A DNA stretch of 64,000 bases from a bacterium (lineage in GTDB: Bacteria > Krumholzibacteriota > Krumholzibacteriia > G020349025): positions 32,001-96,000 of the forward strand of contig JANLSU010000003.1 of NCBI GenBank assembly GCA_031362565.1, written 5' to 3'. Shown one piece after another: positions 1 to 10,863 of this stretch (position 1 is the stretch's first letter; every line of letters begins with the position of its first letter). The translations under genes and the position numbers were made by a program. Under the pieces are notes generated by a model. The model saw nothing but the letters and a program-made list of their open reading frames with translations, did no database searches and had not been told where the DNA came from.

Positions 1-18
1 GTCGTCCAACCCCGCGCG

Positions 19-903
19 TCAGCGCGTTCCCAGCACGATGCGGTCGAGTCCCGCGTAGTCCTGCAACAACGTCACGTCCTGCAGGCCTGCAGCACGGAAC
101 AGTTCGGTCGCAGCCGCCCCCTGCCGGTGGCCGATCTCGACCGCCAACATCCCTCCTGGCGACAGAAACTGCAAGCCTCGGGTGCACAGGTAGCGATGGA
201 AATCGAGTCCGTCATCGCCGCCGTGCAACGCTTGGTGCGGTTCGTGATCCCGCACCACCGGATCCAACCCGATCATTTCGTCCGTCGTCACGTACGGCGG
301 ATTGGACACGACGCACGCCATCGTGCCCGCGAGATCCGGCGCCAGCGCCTCGAAGCGGTCCATGACCAAGACGTGGACGCGCTCGGCGACAGCATGACGG
401 CGGGCGTTCCCCGCGGCGACAGCCGCCGCGCCCGGGCTCGCATCGGTCGTCCAGACCTCGACATGGGGAAGGTGCACAGCCAATGCCACCGCGATCGCTC
501 CACTGCCGGTTCCGAGCTCCAGAACGGCGGCGGTCCCCCGTCCGGCCAACTTCGCCAAGCGCTTCTCGACCGCGTCCACCAAAAGCTCGGTTTCCGGACG
601 CGGCACCAGGACGCGCGGATCGACGGCGAACGTCAGGCCCAAGAACTCGGCGTCGCCTTCCACATATTGGAGCGGCTGGCCGCTGCCATAGGCGCGGACC
701 AAAGCCCGAAAGGCCGCAAGCACGGCCTCGTCGATGACTTGCTCGGTGCGCAGGTACAAATCGACGCGGCGGCAGCCCCAGGCGTGGGCCAAGAGGCGCT
801 CGGCGGCCAAACGCGCCGCCGGCCGGCCCTTTTCGATGAAGTAGGCGGTCGTGGTCTTGAGAAGTTCGAGGCTCGTCCAGGTCCGCGTCGCCATGCCCGT
901 CAT
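19..903 (-). CDS. prmC: Release factor glutamine methyltransferase (HemK/PrmC)
   Basis: VLVPRPETE, ELGTGSGAI SAM motif, SNPPY motif; near prfA. Start could be 894. Confidence 0.96.
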   Translation of the reverse strand: MTGMATRTWTSLELLKTTTAYFIEKGRPAARLAAERLLAHAWGCRRVDLYLRTEQVIDEAVLAAFRALVRAYGSGQPLQYVEGDAEFLGLTFAVDPRVLVPRPETELLVDAVEKRLAKLAGRGTAAVLELGTGSGAIAVALAVHLPHVEVWTTDASPGAAAVAAGNARRHAVAERVHVLVMDRFEALAPDLAGTMACVVSNPPYVTTDEMIGLDPVVRDHEPHQALHGGDDGLDFHRYLCTRGLQFLSPGGMLAVEIGHRQGAAATELFRAAGLQDVTLLQDYAGLDRIVLGTR

Positions 904-1145
904 TCTCCCAAACCACTCCCCAGACAGGTACCGCTGAACTTGTTTCCGAACGGTGCGTGAGTGCCTGACCGCCCGCCGTCGTCGGCACCGCGGCGAGGAG
1001 CCCTACAGCGTCCGAACCGGCTCGGGTTTTCGACCGGTGATCCGGAGCGACCGCCCATTCCACCATGGCACGCTGATCGGTGTATCGACAAGTCCCGAGG
1101 CAAGACAAAAGTGGGTCTCCGTTCGATCGTTCCCTTGGAAAGCGG

Positions 1146-1874
1146 TCAATGCTGTAGCGCCACCCGCTGCTTCCATTGCTCACTGTTCACGCCCTTGATG
1201 ATGAGCCACAAACAGAGAGAGAGCTCGCCGACGAAGGCCGGTGCCAAGATGGCGGGAAACATCGCTGCCGCGAAGGAAGGCGCTAAAAGCAAAGCGAAGC
1301 TGTTCGTCAGATAGCACAGGCCGGCAATCAAGATCAGAAGACCAAGGACTCTTGGGAAGTATCCGGATCTGAAGATCAGATAGCCGCGAACCAAGCATGC
1401 GAAGCCAAAAAATATGAGCCCGATGCCAAAGCCAAAGCCGTGCGCCTTGATTGCCACAGAAGACAGCGCATGCAGCTGCTCGGGCGAGAAGGCTTTCAAG
1501 AAGCCGGCGTCTTCTTGCAGGAAAATGGGAACCAAAAGGTTGAGCTTGTTGGCGGCCAAGACCGCGGTCTGCACCAGATTCATCAAAGTTGCCAACAACG
1601 CGAGGCTCTTGCTGACCGGCCTGAGCAACAAGTAGAGGACCACGATCACCGGTACATCACAGACGTGCATCAGGATGTCGCCGGCGATGCCGGCGCGCCA
1701 AAGAACATTGGAACCCGAAATGTTACTTGCAGTAGCGGCCGCGTCGCCGGAAACGACGAGTGTGCCTCGTACGAACATCTCTCCGAAGAGGCCGAGAAGG
1801 ATGATGGCGAGATACAACACGCCGCCAAGACGCGCGTAGAGCTGCGGGGACCGTTCAATGGAAGAGTGCATCAT
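1146..1874 (-). CDS. DUF4386-like integral membrane protein
   Basis: 242 aa with about 6 hydrophobic segments; ARxxGxLYL start and GELSLCLWLIIKGV end typical of this family; visibly lower GC than flanks. Confidence 0.8.
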   Translation of the reverse strand: MMHSSIERSPQLYARLGGVLYLAIILLGLFGEMFVRGTLVVSGDAAATASNISGSNVLWRAGIAGDILMHVCDVPVIVVLYLLLRPVSKSLALLATLMNLVQTAVLAANKLNLLVPIFLQEDAGFLKAFSPEQLHALSSVAIKAHGFGFGIGLIFFGFACLVRGYLIFRSGYFPRVLGLLILIAGLCYLTNSFALLLAPSFAAAMFPAILAPAFVGELSLCLWLIIKGVNSEQWKQRVALQH

Positions 1875-1917
1875 TTGACGTTCGCTTACCTTGCCTGTGC
1901 GACGCCCAATGCGGCGC

Positions 1918-2988
1918 TCAATCCGCTGCCAGCAAGGCCCGCTGATGGTCGGTGACGAGCGCTTGGATGATATCGCTCAAGTCGCCGTCCAGGATCCCCG
2001 CTAAATTGTGCACCGTCAACCCGATACGGTGGTCGGTGAAACGTGACTGCGGGAAATTGTAAGTGCGAATCTTGTCGCTGCGCTCCGCACTGCCGATCTG
2101 CGACCGGCGTTCGTCGGCGCGCTTTTCATCGCGCTCGGCGCGCTGCTTCTCGAACAAGCGCGAACGCAGGATCTTGAGCGCCTTGTCCTTGTTCTTGAGC
2201 TGCGAACGTTCGTCCTGGCAACGCACTTCGAGGCCGGTCGGCAAGTGCACGATGCGCACCGCGGAATCGGTTGTGTTGACGTGCTGGCCTCCGGGGCCAC
2301 CGGCGCGGCAGACCTCGATCTGCAGGTCGCCCGGGTTGATGTCGACTTCCACCGCCTCGACCTCGGGAAGCACGGCGACCGTCGCCGTCGACGTATGAAT
2401 GCGCCCACTGGCTTCGGTCTCCGGCACGCGTTGCACACGGTGCACGCCACTTTCGAAGCGCAGCTTGCCGTACGCCCCCGTGCCGTTCACCGAGAAGATG
2501 ATTTCCTTGAACCCGCCGATGCCGGTCGCATTCGACGACAGAAGTTCCATCTTCCAGCCCTGGCGTTCGGCGTAACGCTGGTACATGCGGGCCAGATTCG
2601 CGGCGAAGAGTGCCGCCTCTTCCCCGCCGGTGCCGGCGCGGATTTCGACGATCGTGTTCTTTTCCGCCAGCGGGTCGGGCGGCAGCAGCATGACTTCGAG
2701 TTGCGCTTCGAGCTCGGCCCCGCGGGCTGCCAGCGTGTCGGCTTCCTGGCGCGCCAGTTCCTTCATTTCGCGATCGTCGCTCGTCCGCAAGAGATCGTTG
2801 GCGCTCGCCCGCTCGGCGTGCACCTTCTGATACAGGCGTGCCACGTCGACGATATCGCGCAGCCGCCGGTGTTCCCGCGACAGGTCTTGCAGGCGCTTCT
2901 GGTCGCGGAGCACGTCGGCGTCGCCGAGCTGCCGCTCGATCGACTCGAACTTGTCGATGATGCCTTGGAGTTTTTCTGGAGTCAGCAT
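1918..2988 (-). CDS. prfA: Peptide chain release factor 1
   Basis: [23 protein letters not shown] (PxT), [17 protein letters not shown]; start placed at ATG 2988 (MLTPEKL). Confidence 0.98.
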   Translation of the reverse strand: MLTPEKLQGIIDKFESIERQLGDADVLRDQKRLQDLSREHRRLRDIVDVARLYQKVHAERASANDLLRTSDDREMKELARQEADTLAARGAELEAQLEVMLLPPDPLAEKNTIVEIRAGTGGEEAALFAANLARMYQRYAERQGWKMELLSSNATGIGGFKEIIFSVNGTGAYGKLRFESGVHRVQRVPETEASGRIHTSTATVAVLPEVEAVEVDINPGDLQIEVCRAGGPGGQHVNTTDSAVRIVHLPTGLEVRCQDERSQLKNKDKALKILRSRLFEKQRAERDEKRADERRSQIGSAERSDKIRTYNFPQSRFTDHRIGLTVHNLAGILDGDLSDIIQALVTDHQRALLAAD

Positions 2989-3040
2989 GGGCGGAACCGG
3001 AGTTGGCGTGAGGCTCGGTTGGGTGGCCTGAAAATGCGCG

Positions 3041-3997
3041 TCAAGCGCCGGCGCTCGACAGCACCAACGCCGGCCGCCGGGCCGCCGGAGCTTCGTCGCC
3101 TTCGTATGCCAAGCAGGCATTGATGGCGGCCATCGCCACCTCTACCTGGTCGAGCGTCGGCTCTTTGGTCGTGATCTTCTGCAGCCACAGGCCCGGCAGA
3201 ATGAGCGGCATCATCCAGCGCTGATAAGCGGCCTTGCCCGACAGCTTGATGAGCTCGTAGGCGATGCCCGCGATCAGCGGCACGAACGCGATGCGCTCCA
3301 GGCGGTCGCCGAGAGTCTCCGGCCGTCCGAGGAAGCTGAACACCACGATGCTCGTCAGCATGACGAGCAACAGAAAACTGGTACCGCACCGCGGGTGCAG
3401 TGTCGTGAACTTCTTCGATTGCTCGGGTTCGAGCGGCAGTCCGGCCTCGAACACGTAGATCGATTTGTGCTCGGCGCCGTGGTACTGGAAAATCCGCCGC
3501 ATGTCCTTCCACAGCGAAATCCCGTAGATGTAGGCCAAGAAGAAGGCGATCCGGAAAGCGCCGTCCACGAGGTTGAAGAGGATGCTGTTCTTCACCCCGG
3601 TCAGGCCGGTCAACACGAGCGGCAAATAGAAAAAGATGCCGAGCCCGAGTGCAAAAGCCACGATCAGCGTCGCGATCATGCCGGCCTGCTGCTTCCACGA
3701 TGCCGGCGCGTCCTTGGGACGCTCGTCTTCGGCCATTGCCTGGTCGGCCGAATAGTTGAGCGATTCCATTCCCAGGATGAGCGTTTCGATGAGATTGATC
3801 CCACCGCGCAGGATCGGCAGGTTGAGGAATTTGTACCGCGCAGCGATCCCACGAAACGCCTTGTGGGTCACGACGATCTCACCGTTCGGCTTGCGAACGG
3901 CGGTCGCGACGGCTGCCGGCGAGCGCATCATCACGCCTTCCAGCACGGCTTGGCCGCCGATGCTGAAGGACGGGACGATTTCAGCGCTTGGCTTCAT
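3041..3997 (-). CDS. DUF1385 family membrane protein
   Basis: [20 protein letters not shown] and HPRCGTSF motifs; usual position between rpmE and prfA. Confidence 0.92.
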   Translation of the reverse strand: MKPSAEIVPSFSIGGQAVLEGVMMRSPAAVATAVRKPNGEIVVTHKAFRGIAARYKFLNLPILRGGINLIETLILGMESLNYSADQAMAEDERPKDAPASWKQQAGMIATLIVAFALGLGIFFYLPLVLTGLTGVKNSILFNLVDGAFRIAFFLAYIYGISLWKDMRRIFQYHGAEHKSIYVFEAGLPLEPEQSKKFTTLHPRCGTSFLLLVMLTSIVVFSFLGRPETLGDRLERIAFVPLIAGIAYELIKLSGKAAYQRWMMPLILPGLWLQKITTKEPTLDQVEVAMAAINACLAYEGDEAPAARRPALVLSSAGA

Positions 3998-4016
3998 GGG
4001 ATCCTTCAGCCGGCGA

Positions 4017-4241
4017 TCAGGCCTTCACGGGGCGCGCGATACCGGCCTTCTCGTACTTGCGACGGAACTTCTCGACGCGGCCGGCGGTGTCGAGGCTCTT
4101 TTCCTTGCCCGTATAGAACGGGTGGCACAGCGAGCAAATTTCGACGTGCAACTCGGACGTCACCGAACGGGTCTCGATGATGTTGCCGCACACGCAATGG
4201 ATCTTGGCGTTGACGTAGCGCGGGTGGATTCCCGGTTTCAT
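4017..4241 (-). CDS. rpmE: 50S ribosomal protein L31, zinc-binding type
   Basis: MKPGIHPRY...CVCGN...[11 protein letters not shown]...GRVEKF; four Cys. Confidence 0.98.
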   Translation of the reverse strand: MKPGIHPRYVNAKIHCVCGNIIETRSVTSELHVEICSLCHPFYTGKEKSLDTAGRVEKFRRKYEKAGIARPVKA

Positions 4242-4349
4242 CTGCGAACACTCCTCGGAGGAAACTGCGGACTGGGGACCTTGGACTTCTCGGATTGCGC
4301 CGGGCCACCAGGGGCCCGTGGCGCGATGCCCGCGCCCGTAAGTACGACA

Positions 4350-4378
4350 ACGTTAACAAGATAGCAAGGGCCTGTCAA
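4350..4378 (-). promoter_or_regulatory. sigma70-type promoter of rpmE operon
   Basis: Minus strand TTGACA-17 nt-TAACGT upstream of rpmE. Confidence 0.65.
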
Positions 4379-4524
4379 CGGGCCGCCAGGGGCGGCCCGT
4401 TTCCGGGGCCGCAATCCGCAGGCGTTTCGGACCAAACCCGTTCGTGGCCGGGACTTGCGTGGCTGCCCAGGCCCCGGAACCGGATTGCACCGGCCTTCGG
4501 CCGGCGCGACTTCGGCCCGCGTGA

Positions 4525-5916
4525 CTAGCCAGGCGTATTCATCGACTCCAGGAACTTCCGGTTGCTGCTGGTCTTGGACAGCTTGTCGATGAGGAACTCC
4601 ATGGCCTCCACCGACGGCTTCTCGTCCAGGAACTTGCGCAGGATCCAGACCTTGTTGAGCACGGCCGGCGCCATGAGCAGCTCTTCCTTACGCGTTCCGG
4701 ACTTCGAAACGTCGATGGCCGGGAACACGCGGCGGTCCGCCAAGCGGCGCTCGAGCACGAGTTCCATGTTACCGGTGCCCTTGAACTCCTCGAAAATGAC
4801 TTCGTCCATGCGGCTGCCGGTTTCGATCAGCGCCGTCGCGATAATGGTCAGACTGCCGCCGCCCTCGATGTTGCGCGCCGCGCCGAAAAAGCGCTTCGGC
4901 TTCTGCAACGCGTTCGAGTCGACACCACCGGACAGGATCTTGCCCGAGTGGGGCACGACCGCATTGTGGGCGCGGGCCAAACGCGTGATCGAGTCGAGCA
5001 GGATGACCACATCCTTGCCATGCTCCACCAAACGCTTGGCCTTTTCGAGCACCATGTCCGACACCTGCACGTGGCGGTCGGCCGGCTCGTCGAAGGTCGA
5101 ACTGATGACCTCGCCCTTCACCGAGCGCTGCATGTCGGTCACTTCTTCCGGGCGTTCGTCGATCAACAGCACGATGAGCACGACTTCCGGATGATTCTCG
5201 GTGATCGAGTTGGCGATCTTCTGCAGCAGGATGGTCTTGCCCGCCTTGGGCGGCGACACGATCAACCCGCGCTGTCCCTTGCCGATCGGTGCCAGCAAGT
5301 TGATGATGCGCGTCGACACTTCCTCGGCCGAAGTCTCGAGATTGACCATCTCCTCGGGATACAGCGGCGTCAGGTTGTCGAACAGCGTCTTGGTCTTCGC
5401 GACCTCCGGATTCTCAAAGTTCACAGCCTCGACACGCAGCAGCGCGAAATAGCGCTCGGTGTCCTTGGGGGGGCGAATCTGGCCCGACACCGTATCACCG
5501 GTCCGCAGGTCGAACTTCTTGATCTGCGACGGGGAGACATAGATGTCGTCGGGGCCGGGCAAATAATTATAGTCGGGCGAGCGCAAGAACCCATAGCCCT
5601 CGGGCAGGATCTGCAGCACACCCTCCGAGAAGATGAGCCCGTTCTTCTTGGTCTGCGCTTCGAGAATCTCAAAGATCAGCTCCTGCTTCCGCAGGCCGCT
5701 CGTGTTGGCGATCTTGAGTTCATTCGCGACGCCAATGAGGTCGTCGATTTTCTTGTTCTTGAGTTCGGCGATATCCATCACCGGGTCGCGTTGGTTCGAT
5801 TCGCGCGAGACGGTGTCCGAATCTTCGTGGTTACCGTTGGGCTGCGCCGCCTGCTCGAGGGGCAGTGAGGGATCCGGAGCAGGCCGGCGTGTTTGCTTGG
5901 TAGGCACTTGTCTCAT
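4525..5916 (-). CDS. rho: Transcription termination factor Rho
   Basis: [42 protein letters not shown]. Start either ATG 5916 (short N-terminal extension) or ATG 5778. Confidence 0.98.
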   Translation of the reverse strand: MRQVPTKQTRRPAPDPSLPLEQAAQPNGNHEDSDTVSRESNQRDPVMDIAELKNKKIDDLIGVANELKIANTSGLRKQELIFEILEAQTKKNGLIFSEGVLQILPEGYGFLRSPDYNYLPGPDDIYVSPSQIKKFDLRTGDTVSGQIRPPKDTERYFALLRVEAVNFENPEVAKTKTLFDNLTPLYPEEMVNLETSAEEVSTRIINLLAPIGKGQRGLIVSPPKAGKTILLQKIANSITENHPEVVLIVLLIDERPEEVTDMQRSVKGEVISSTFDEPADRHVQVSDMVLEKAKRLVEHGKDVVILLDSITRLARAHNAVVPHSGKILSGGVDSNALQKPKRFFGAARNIEGGGSLTIIATALIETGSRMDEVIFEEFKGTGNMELVLERRLADRRVFPAIDVSKSGTRKEELLMAPAVLNKVWILRKFLDEKPSVEAMEFLIDKLSKTSSNRKFLESMNTPG

Positions 5917-6157
5917 CCTGTGGATTGGAGGGTTCCCGAGTCCGCGCGAAGGGCTCGCACGGACTCCTTTTGGCACGAACCCGACCTTCGTTCCTTCGGG
6001 CGGAGGACGGTCCCCAACGCGTGGAGATCGCTCGCCTGCCTGCACTGGAGATCCCCGGAAGCCTTGGGTCCTGAACACGGTACTTCGCCGCGTCAAGGCG
6101 ACCGTCGAGCTGCGGGGGAGTGCGGAGGTCGGTGTGGAGTGCTCTTTTCAGAACGCG

Positions 6158-6187
6158 ACTCTACACCCGGTGGCCTTGCCGTGTCAA
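6158..6187 (-). promoter_or_regulatory. sigma70-type promoter of rho
   Basis: Minus strand TTGACA-18 nt-TAGAGT. Confidence 0.55.
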
Positions 6188-6324
6188 GCACGGTGGCGTC
6201 CTATTGGCCATCGGGGGGTTGCCGTGCACGAGACTGCATCGCCCATGCCAATCATTCGGGCGAGGCGATCCGCCTCGTGCACGGCGCCACTTCTGAACGC
6301 ACGGAAGGCCGCGCGCCCACGGTT

Positions 6325-7530
6325 TTACTGCGCTTTCTGCCGTAGCTCGCTGAACTTCTTCAGTGAACGTGCAGCCGCGGCGGTGTCGCCGATGCCACGC
6401 TGGCAATATCCCAGCACCTGGTAGGCGGTGTCTTTGTTCGGGTTGATCCCGACCAATTGCGTACCGACCTTGATACCTTCGTTGTAATGCGCCTTGGCTT
6501 CGTCCATCTTGCCGTCTTTTTCGAATGCATCGCCCGCCTTGTAGTGCGTGACGAGGAGCGCATACAGGGCTTCCTCGTACGCGGGCTGGCCTTCCGGCGT
6601 CAGCTTGAGCGCCTTGTCATAGGACGCGAGCGCGTCATCGAATTTGATTTGCTTGGTATAGATCAAGCCGATGACGCTATAGGTCTCGGCGTCGTCCGGG
6701 CTGATCTGGGCCAGACGCTCCTTGACCGAGAGCGACAGCGTCAGGTACTCGATCGCGCCTTCCAAGTCGCCGTCGTTGTACAACCGGCTGCCGATGACAC
6801 GCGGCAATTCGTAGTTCTCGGGGTCCAGCTCGATGGCCCGGGCGAGCGCCTCCTGCGACTCCTTCTTCTGGCCCTTCTGCCACAGCACTTCACCCTTGGT
6901 CTGCCACACGCTGACGACCTTGTCCTTTTCCGCCGGCTTGAGCTCGATGACCTTTTCGAGGTCGCGCAGCGCGGCATCGGTCATTTCAGTGAAATGGGTT
7001 TCATCCTTCGCCCGCTTGGCGACCTTGGCGAGTTCCCAGATCGCCGCCGCGTGGGCGTAGTAACCGGCATAGTTTTCGGGGTCGGCGATCGTCGCCAGCC
7101 GGTACTCGAGCGCCGCAGTCGCGTTGTCGCCCTTCTTGGTGGCGATCACCCCGCGGTTGTAGTGGCGCCCAAACAACGACACGATATTGTCATCGGCACT
7201 CTTGCCCCAGGCACCGGCAGCGTATTTCTTGGCGGACCCGAAGTGCTCGTAGGCCTTGCTCAGAAACAGCTCCGCGGAATCGCCGTAGGCCGGCGCCTCG
7301 GGCTTCAGTTCGCTGTCCTTGCCGAAGTAGGCCGCGCCCAGGAAATAGTGCGTGTCGCCATCGGCGGCATTCAACGCCAGCGCTTTGACGCCCTGGGCGA
7401 TCGCCTTGTCGAACAGCTTCTCATGCACATAGATCTTCATACTGGTCTTGTTGACGCCGCCGGCACCGCCGCCGCAGCCCACGAGCCCGAGGATGCTGAG
7501 GGCAACCAGCCCCAGAATCAGTTTACGCAT
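6325..7530 (-). CDS. TPR-repeat lipoprotein
   Basis: Signal peptide with lipobox LGLVGC, multiple TPR-like repeats, AGGAGG RBS. Confidence 0.85.
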   Translation of the reverse strand: MRKLILGLVALSILGLVGCGGGAGGVNKTSMKIYVHEKLFDKAIAQGVKALALNAADGDTHYFLGAAYFGKDSELKPEAPAYGDSAELFLSKAYEHFGSAKKYAAGAWGKSADDNIVSLFGRHYNRGVIATKKGDNATAALEYRLATIADPENYAGYYAHAAAIWELAKVAKRAKDETHFTEMTDAALRDLEKVIELKPAEKDKVVSVWQTKGEVLWQKGQKKESQEALARAIELDPENYELPRVIGSRLYNDGDLEGAIEYLTLSLSVKERLAQISPDDAETYSVIGLIYTKQIKFDDALASYDKALKLTPEGQPAYEEALYALLVTHYKAGDAFEKDGKMDEAKAHYNEGIKVGTQLVGINPNKDTAYQVLGYCQRGIGDTAAAARSLKKFSELRQKAQ

Positions 7531-7711
7531 TCAGTTCAAGCCTCCTGTGACGGTGCTGCGGACGCTGTCGTTCATGGCCTCGCCGAGATGTGGGAACGGA
7601 ATCCCAGAGCTCCGGGCCCTGGCGGGAGTAGGGCTTGTGACGCGATAAGCGAAGCGCAGGCGTCGCAGAGCCCAAAGGGGGCCTTGGTTCAAGGCGATCT
7701 GTGGCCTGCTG

Positions 7712-7740
7712 TATTTAACCGCGCCGGGGCCACCTGTCAA
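7712..7740 (-). promoter_or_regulatory. sigma70-type promoter of TPR lipoprotein gene
   Basis: Minus strand TTGACA-17 nt-TAAATA. Confidence 0.5.
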
Positions 7741-7799
7741 GGCCGTCGCCCAAAGGGCCACAACAGAATCCAGGACCAGTGGGGGCCCACAGGGCGTTT

Positions 7800-9809
7800 T
7801 CATAACATGTGGGCCGGGTCGACGTCCACTTGGAATTCCAGACCCGCGGTGTCGTGGGCGATGCGCTCGAGCAATTCCAGGATGCTGTGCTTGGCTTCCG
7901 GCCCCAGCGTTCCCTTGAGGAGGAGCTGCTCGCGGTACCTGCCGCGCAGACGCGGAATCGGGCTCGGTGCCGGCCCGAGGACCTGCAACGGCTCCGCTCC
8001 GGCGGCACCCGGTTTTCGCAGCACACCCTCGATCCGTAGCATCGCGGCGCGCAGCGCCGGCCGGTCGGGCCCGAGGCCGGTCACTTGCGTCAGGCGGGCC
8101 AACGGCGGATAGCGAAGCGCGCGCCGCAGTTCCATTTCCTTGGCGAAAAACCCGCCGAAGTCCTGCGCCGCCGCGAAGGCAATGGCGTAGTGCTCGGGGC
8201 AAAGCGTCTGCACATAGACATCGCCCGGCAGCGTGCCGCGTCCGGCGCGTCCGGCCACTTGCGCCAACAACTGGAAGGTGCGTTCCGCGGCGCGGAAATC
8301 GGGCAACGAAATACCGCCGTCGGCGTTCACGACTCCGACCAGCGTGACGCCGTGAAAATCGTGCCCCTTGGCCACCATCTGCGTCCCCAACAGGATGTCG
8401 ACATCACCACGTCCAAAGTCTTCCAGAATGCGGCGGTGCGAATCCTTGTGCGACGTCGTGTCGAAGTCCATGCGCGCCAGGCGCGCCTGCGGCAAGAGAC
8501 CGCCGAGCGCCTGTTCGAGCTGCTGGGTTCCAAAACCACGAAACACCTGGCACGGATTGCTGCACGCGGGGCATTCCTTGGGCACCGGCCGCGAGTGATC
8601 GCAATAGTGGCAGCGCAGGCGCCGGTCGGTGGCATGATAGGTCAGCGAAATATCGCAGTACGGACACTGCACGATCTCGCCGCAGGCAAAACACTGCACA
8701 TAGTTCGAGTGGCCGCGGCGATTCAGCAATAGAATGGCCTGCTCACGCCGCTCGAGCCGCGCCGCGAGTGCGTCGAGCAGCGGGCGCGACACGATGGCGC
8801 CCTTTTCCTCTTCGACTCGCATGTCGACCAGATGTACCTGCGGGAGCGGCCGCGAGTCGACGCGTCCTGGAATGGTCAGCAGCGTGTGCTTGCCGCGCTC
8901 GGCATTGTGGTAGCTCTCGAGACTGGGAGTCGCCGAGCCCAGGACGACCGCAGCACCTTCCAGAGTGGCCCGCACGAGCGCCACCGAACGGGCGTGATAG
9001 CGCGGCTTCTCGCCTTGCTTGTAGGACGACTCGTGCTCCTCGTCGACGACGATGAGGCCGAGATTCCGGAACGGCGCGAAGATCGCGGAGCGCGCCCCGA
9101 GCACGACCTGAATGTCGCCGCGCGCCGCCGCCACCAAGATATCGTGGCGTTCGGCCGGCGTCATGGCGCTGTGCAGAATGCCGACCGGCGCTCCCAGGCG
9201 AGCGCGAAACCGGTCGGCGGCTTGCGGGGTCAGGGCGATTTCCGGAATGAGCACGATGGACGCGCGCCCGCGCGCCAGGGCGTGCCGGATCGCATGCAGA
9301 TACACTTCCGTCTTGCCGCTACCGGTGACGCCGTGCAAGAGAAAGGCTTCGTAGCCGCCCGACTCCATCCGCGCCGCAATGCGGTCGAGCGCCGTCTGCT
9401 GCCAGTCGTTGAGTTGGGTGGGCGGCGCGGCTTCGACGAGGGTGCCTTGGATTTCGGTCTTTTTCTTGTGGCCGCGCGGCGCGGCGCGCTTGCGATCGAG
9501 ACCGCCCGGCAGCACGGCGCGCAGCGCCTCGCCCAGCGAACAGGCGTAGTACGACGCGATCCAACGCGCCAACTCCACCAACGGCTCGGTCAACAGCGGC
9601 GGGTCGTCGAGCAACCGCTCGATGGGCTTGATCTTGTCGACTTTCGCCGCCGCCGGAAAACCGACGACATAGCCGACGACATTGCGCCGCCCGAAGGGCA
9701 CTTGCACGCGCGCGCCCGGTGCGACCGTCTTCACGAGTGCTTCGGGAATGCTGTACGTATAAAGGTCGCGCAGCGGCAACGGTACCGCAACGTCCACGAG
9801 TCGTTCCAT
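7800..9809 (-). CDS. priA: Primosomal protein N' helicase
   Basis: GVTGSGKTEVY, DEEH, four CxxC pairs, GTQMVAKGHDF, QVAGRAGR, VDVDP end. Confidence 0.97.
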   Translation of the reverse strand: MERLVDVAVPLPLRDLYTYSIPEALVKTVAPGARVQVPFGRRNVVGYVVGFPAAAKVDKIKPIERLLDDPPLLTEPLVELARWIASYYACSLGEALRAVLPGGLDRKRAAPRGHKKKTEIQGTLVEAAPPTQLNDWQQTALDRIAARMESGGYEAFLLHGVTGSGKTEVYLHAIRHALARGRASIVLIPEIALTPQAADRFRARLGAPVGILHSAMTPAERHDILVAAARGDIQVVLGARSAIFAPFRNLGLIVVDEEHESSYKQGEKPRYHARSVALVRATLEGAAVVLGSATPSLESYHNAERGKHTLLTIPGRVDSRPLPQVHLVDMRVEEEKGAIVSRPLLDALAARLERREQAILLLNRRGHSNYVQCFACGEIVQCPYCDISLTYHATDRRLRCHYCDHSRPVPKECPACSNPCQVFRGFGTQQLEQALGGLLPQARLARMDFDTTSHKDSHRRILEDFGRGDVDILLGTQMVAKGHDFHGVTLVGVVNADGGISLPDFRAAERTFQLLAQVAGRAGRGTLPGDVYVQTLCPEHYAIAFAAAQDFGGFFAKEMELRRALRYPPLARLTQVTGLGPDRPALRAAMLRIEGVLRKPGAAGAEPLQVLGPAPSPIPRLRGRYREQLLLKGTLGPEAKHSILELLERIAHDTAGLEFQVDVDPAHML

Positions 9810-9898
9810 TTGGGGCCTTCGGGGGCAACGGGGATCGGAAGACGCCCCGATTCAATCAGGCGCGCGGCGCACTGTCAAGGCAGGCGCGCGGCAACGTG

Positions 9899-10279
9899 TC
9901 AGTGTTTCGCGGTGGCGAGAATCGACTGCACGCGTTCGATGAGTTTGCTCGGGCTGAACGGCTTCGTGATGTAGTCGCTGGCGCCGACTTCCTTGCCGAG
10001 CTTCTGGTCGACTTCACGGCCCTTGGCGGTGAGCAGGATGACCGGAATCAGTTTCGTCTTGGGGTCGGCCTTGATGAGCCGGCAGGTTTCGTAACCATCG
10101 AGCTTCGGCATCATGATGTCGAGCACGACGAGGTCGGGCTTTTCGTCGCGAACCTTCTGCAACGCTTGCTCACCGTTGGTCGCAGTAATGACGTCGTAGT
10201 TTTCCGCACCCAGGATGAAATCGAGGATGTGGAGAATGTACACCTCATCGTCGACTACAAGCACTTTGCCGTTGTACAT
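9899..10279 (-). CDS. Single-domain response regulator
   Basis: VLVVDD, LDIMMP, LTAK, YITKPF; ATG 10279. Confidence 0.92.
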   Translation of the reverse strand: MYNGKVLVVDDEVYILHILDFILGAENYDVITATNGEQALQKVRDEKPDLVVLDIMMPKLDGYETCRLIKADPKTKLIPVILLTAKGREVDQKLGKEVGASDYITKPFSPSKLIERVQSILATAKH

Positions 10280-10430
10280 CCGTGTTGCCCCCCGACTCGC
10301 GCTTGTGTCGCCCCGTGCGTGTTGGCCTTTTGGCTCTCTGGTGCCGCGTCCGTCGGTCGCGACAGGCGGGCAATCAGCAAGTCCGGGGCCACCCACGCTC
10401 CGCGCGCATCCTGACGCTGTCCACGCGCGC

Positions 10431-10805
10431 TCAGACGGCCGGGGCCAGCAGCTGATTCACCGTATTGAGCAGGTACTCGACTCCAAACGGCTTGGGCATG
10501 TACGCATCACACAGCGTTTCGAGTTCGCGGGCTTCGCGTTCCGTCAGTTTTTTGGCCGATAGCGCCAGGATCGCCACGCCCTCCATGAGTTCGTTCTGGC
10601 GAGTGATCCGCATGGTCTCCAGCCCATTCAGATTCGGCATCATGATGTCCATGACGATGAGGTCCGGGCGATTCACACCCAGATAGCTCAGTGCCTTCAT
10701 TCCGTCGTTCACCCAATCGACCTGGAAGCCCTCGTTGCGAAGGGCGTAGGTCAGAATGGTTGCCAGTGGCTCGTCGTCATCTACGAGCAAGACTCGTCGC
10801 TGCAT
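10431..10805 (-). CDS. Single-domain response regulator
   Basis: VLLVDDD, MDIMMP, LSAK, KPF; ATG 10805 with GAGGGGGAG RBS. Confidence 0.9.
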   Translation of the reverse strand: MQRRVLLVDDDEPLATILTYALRNEGFQVDWVNDGMKALSYLGVNRPDLIVMDIMMPNLNGLETMRITRQNELMEGVAILALSAKKLTEREARELETLCDAYMPKPFGVEYLLNTVNQLLAPAV

Positions 10806-10863
10806 GCACTCTCCCCCTCGGACGCCTCCGCCCGTGCGGCTTGCAAGGCGTCGGCGTGTTTGG

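Noticed and set aside
904..1145. attC site after the DUF4386 gene
   Set aside because: No RYYYAAC...GTTRRRY paired structure was found.
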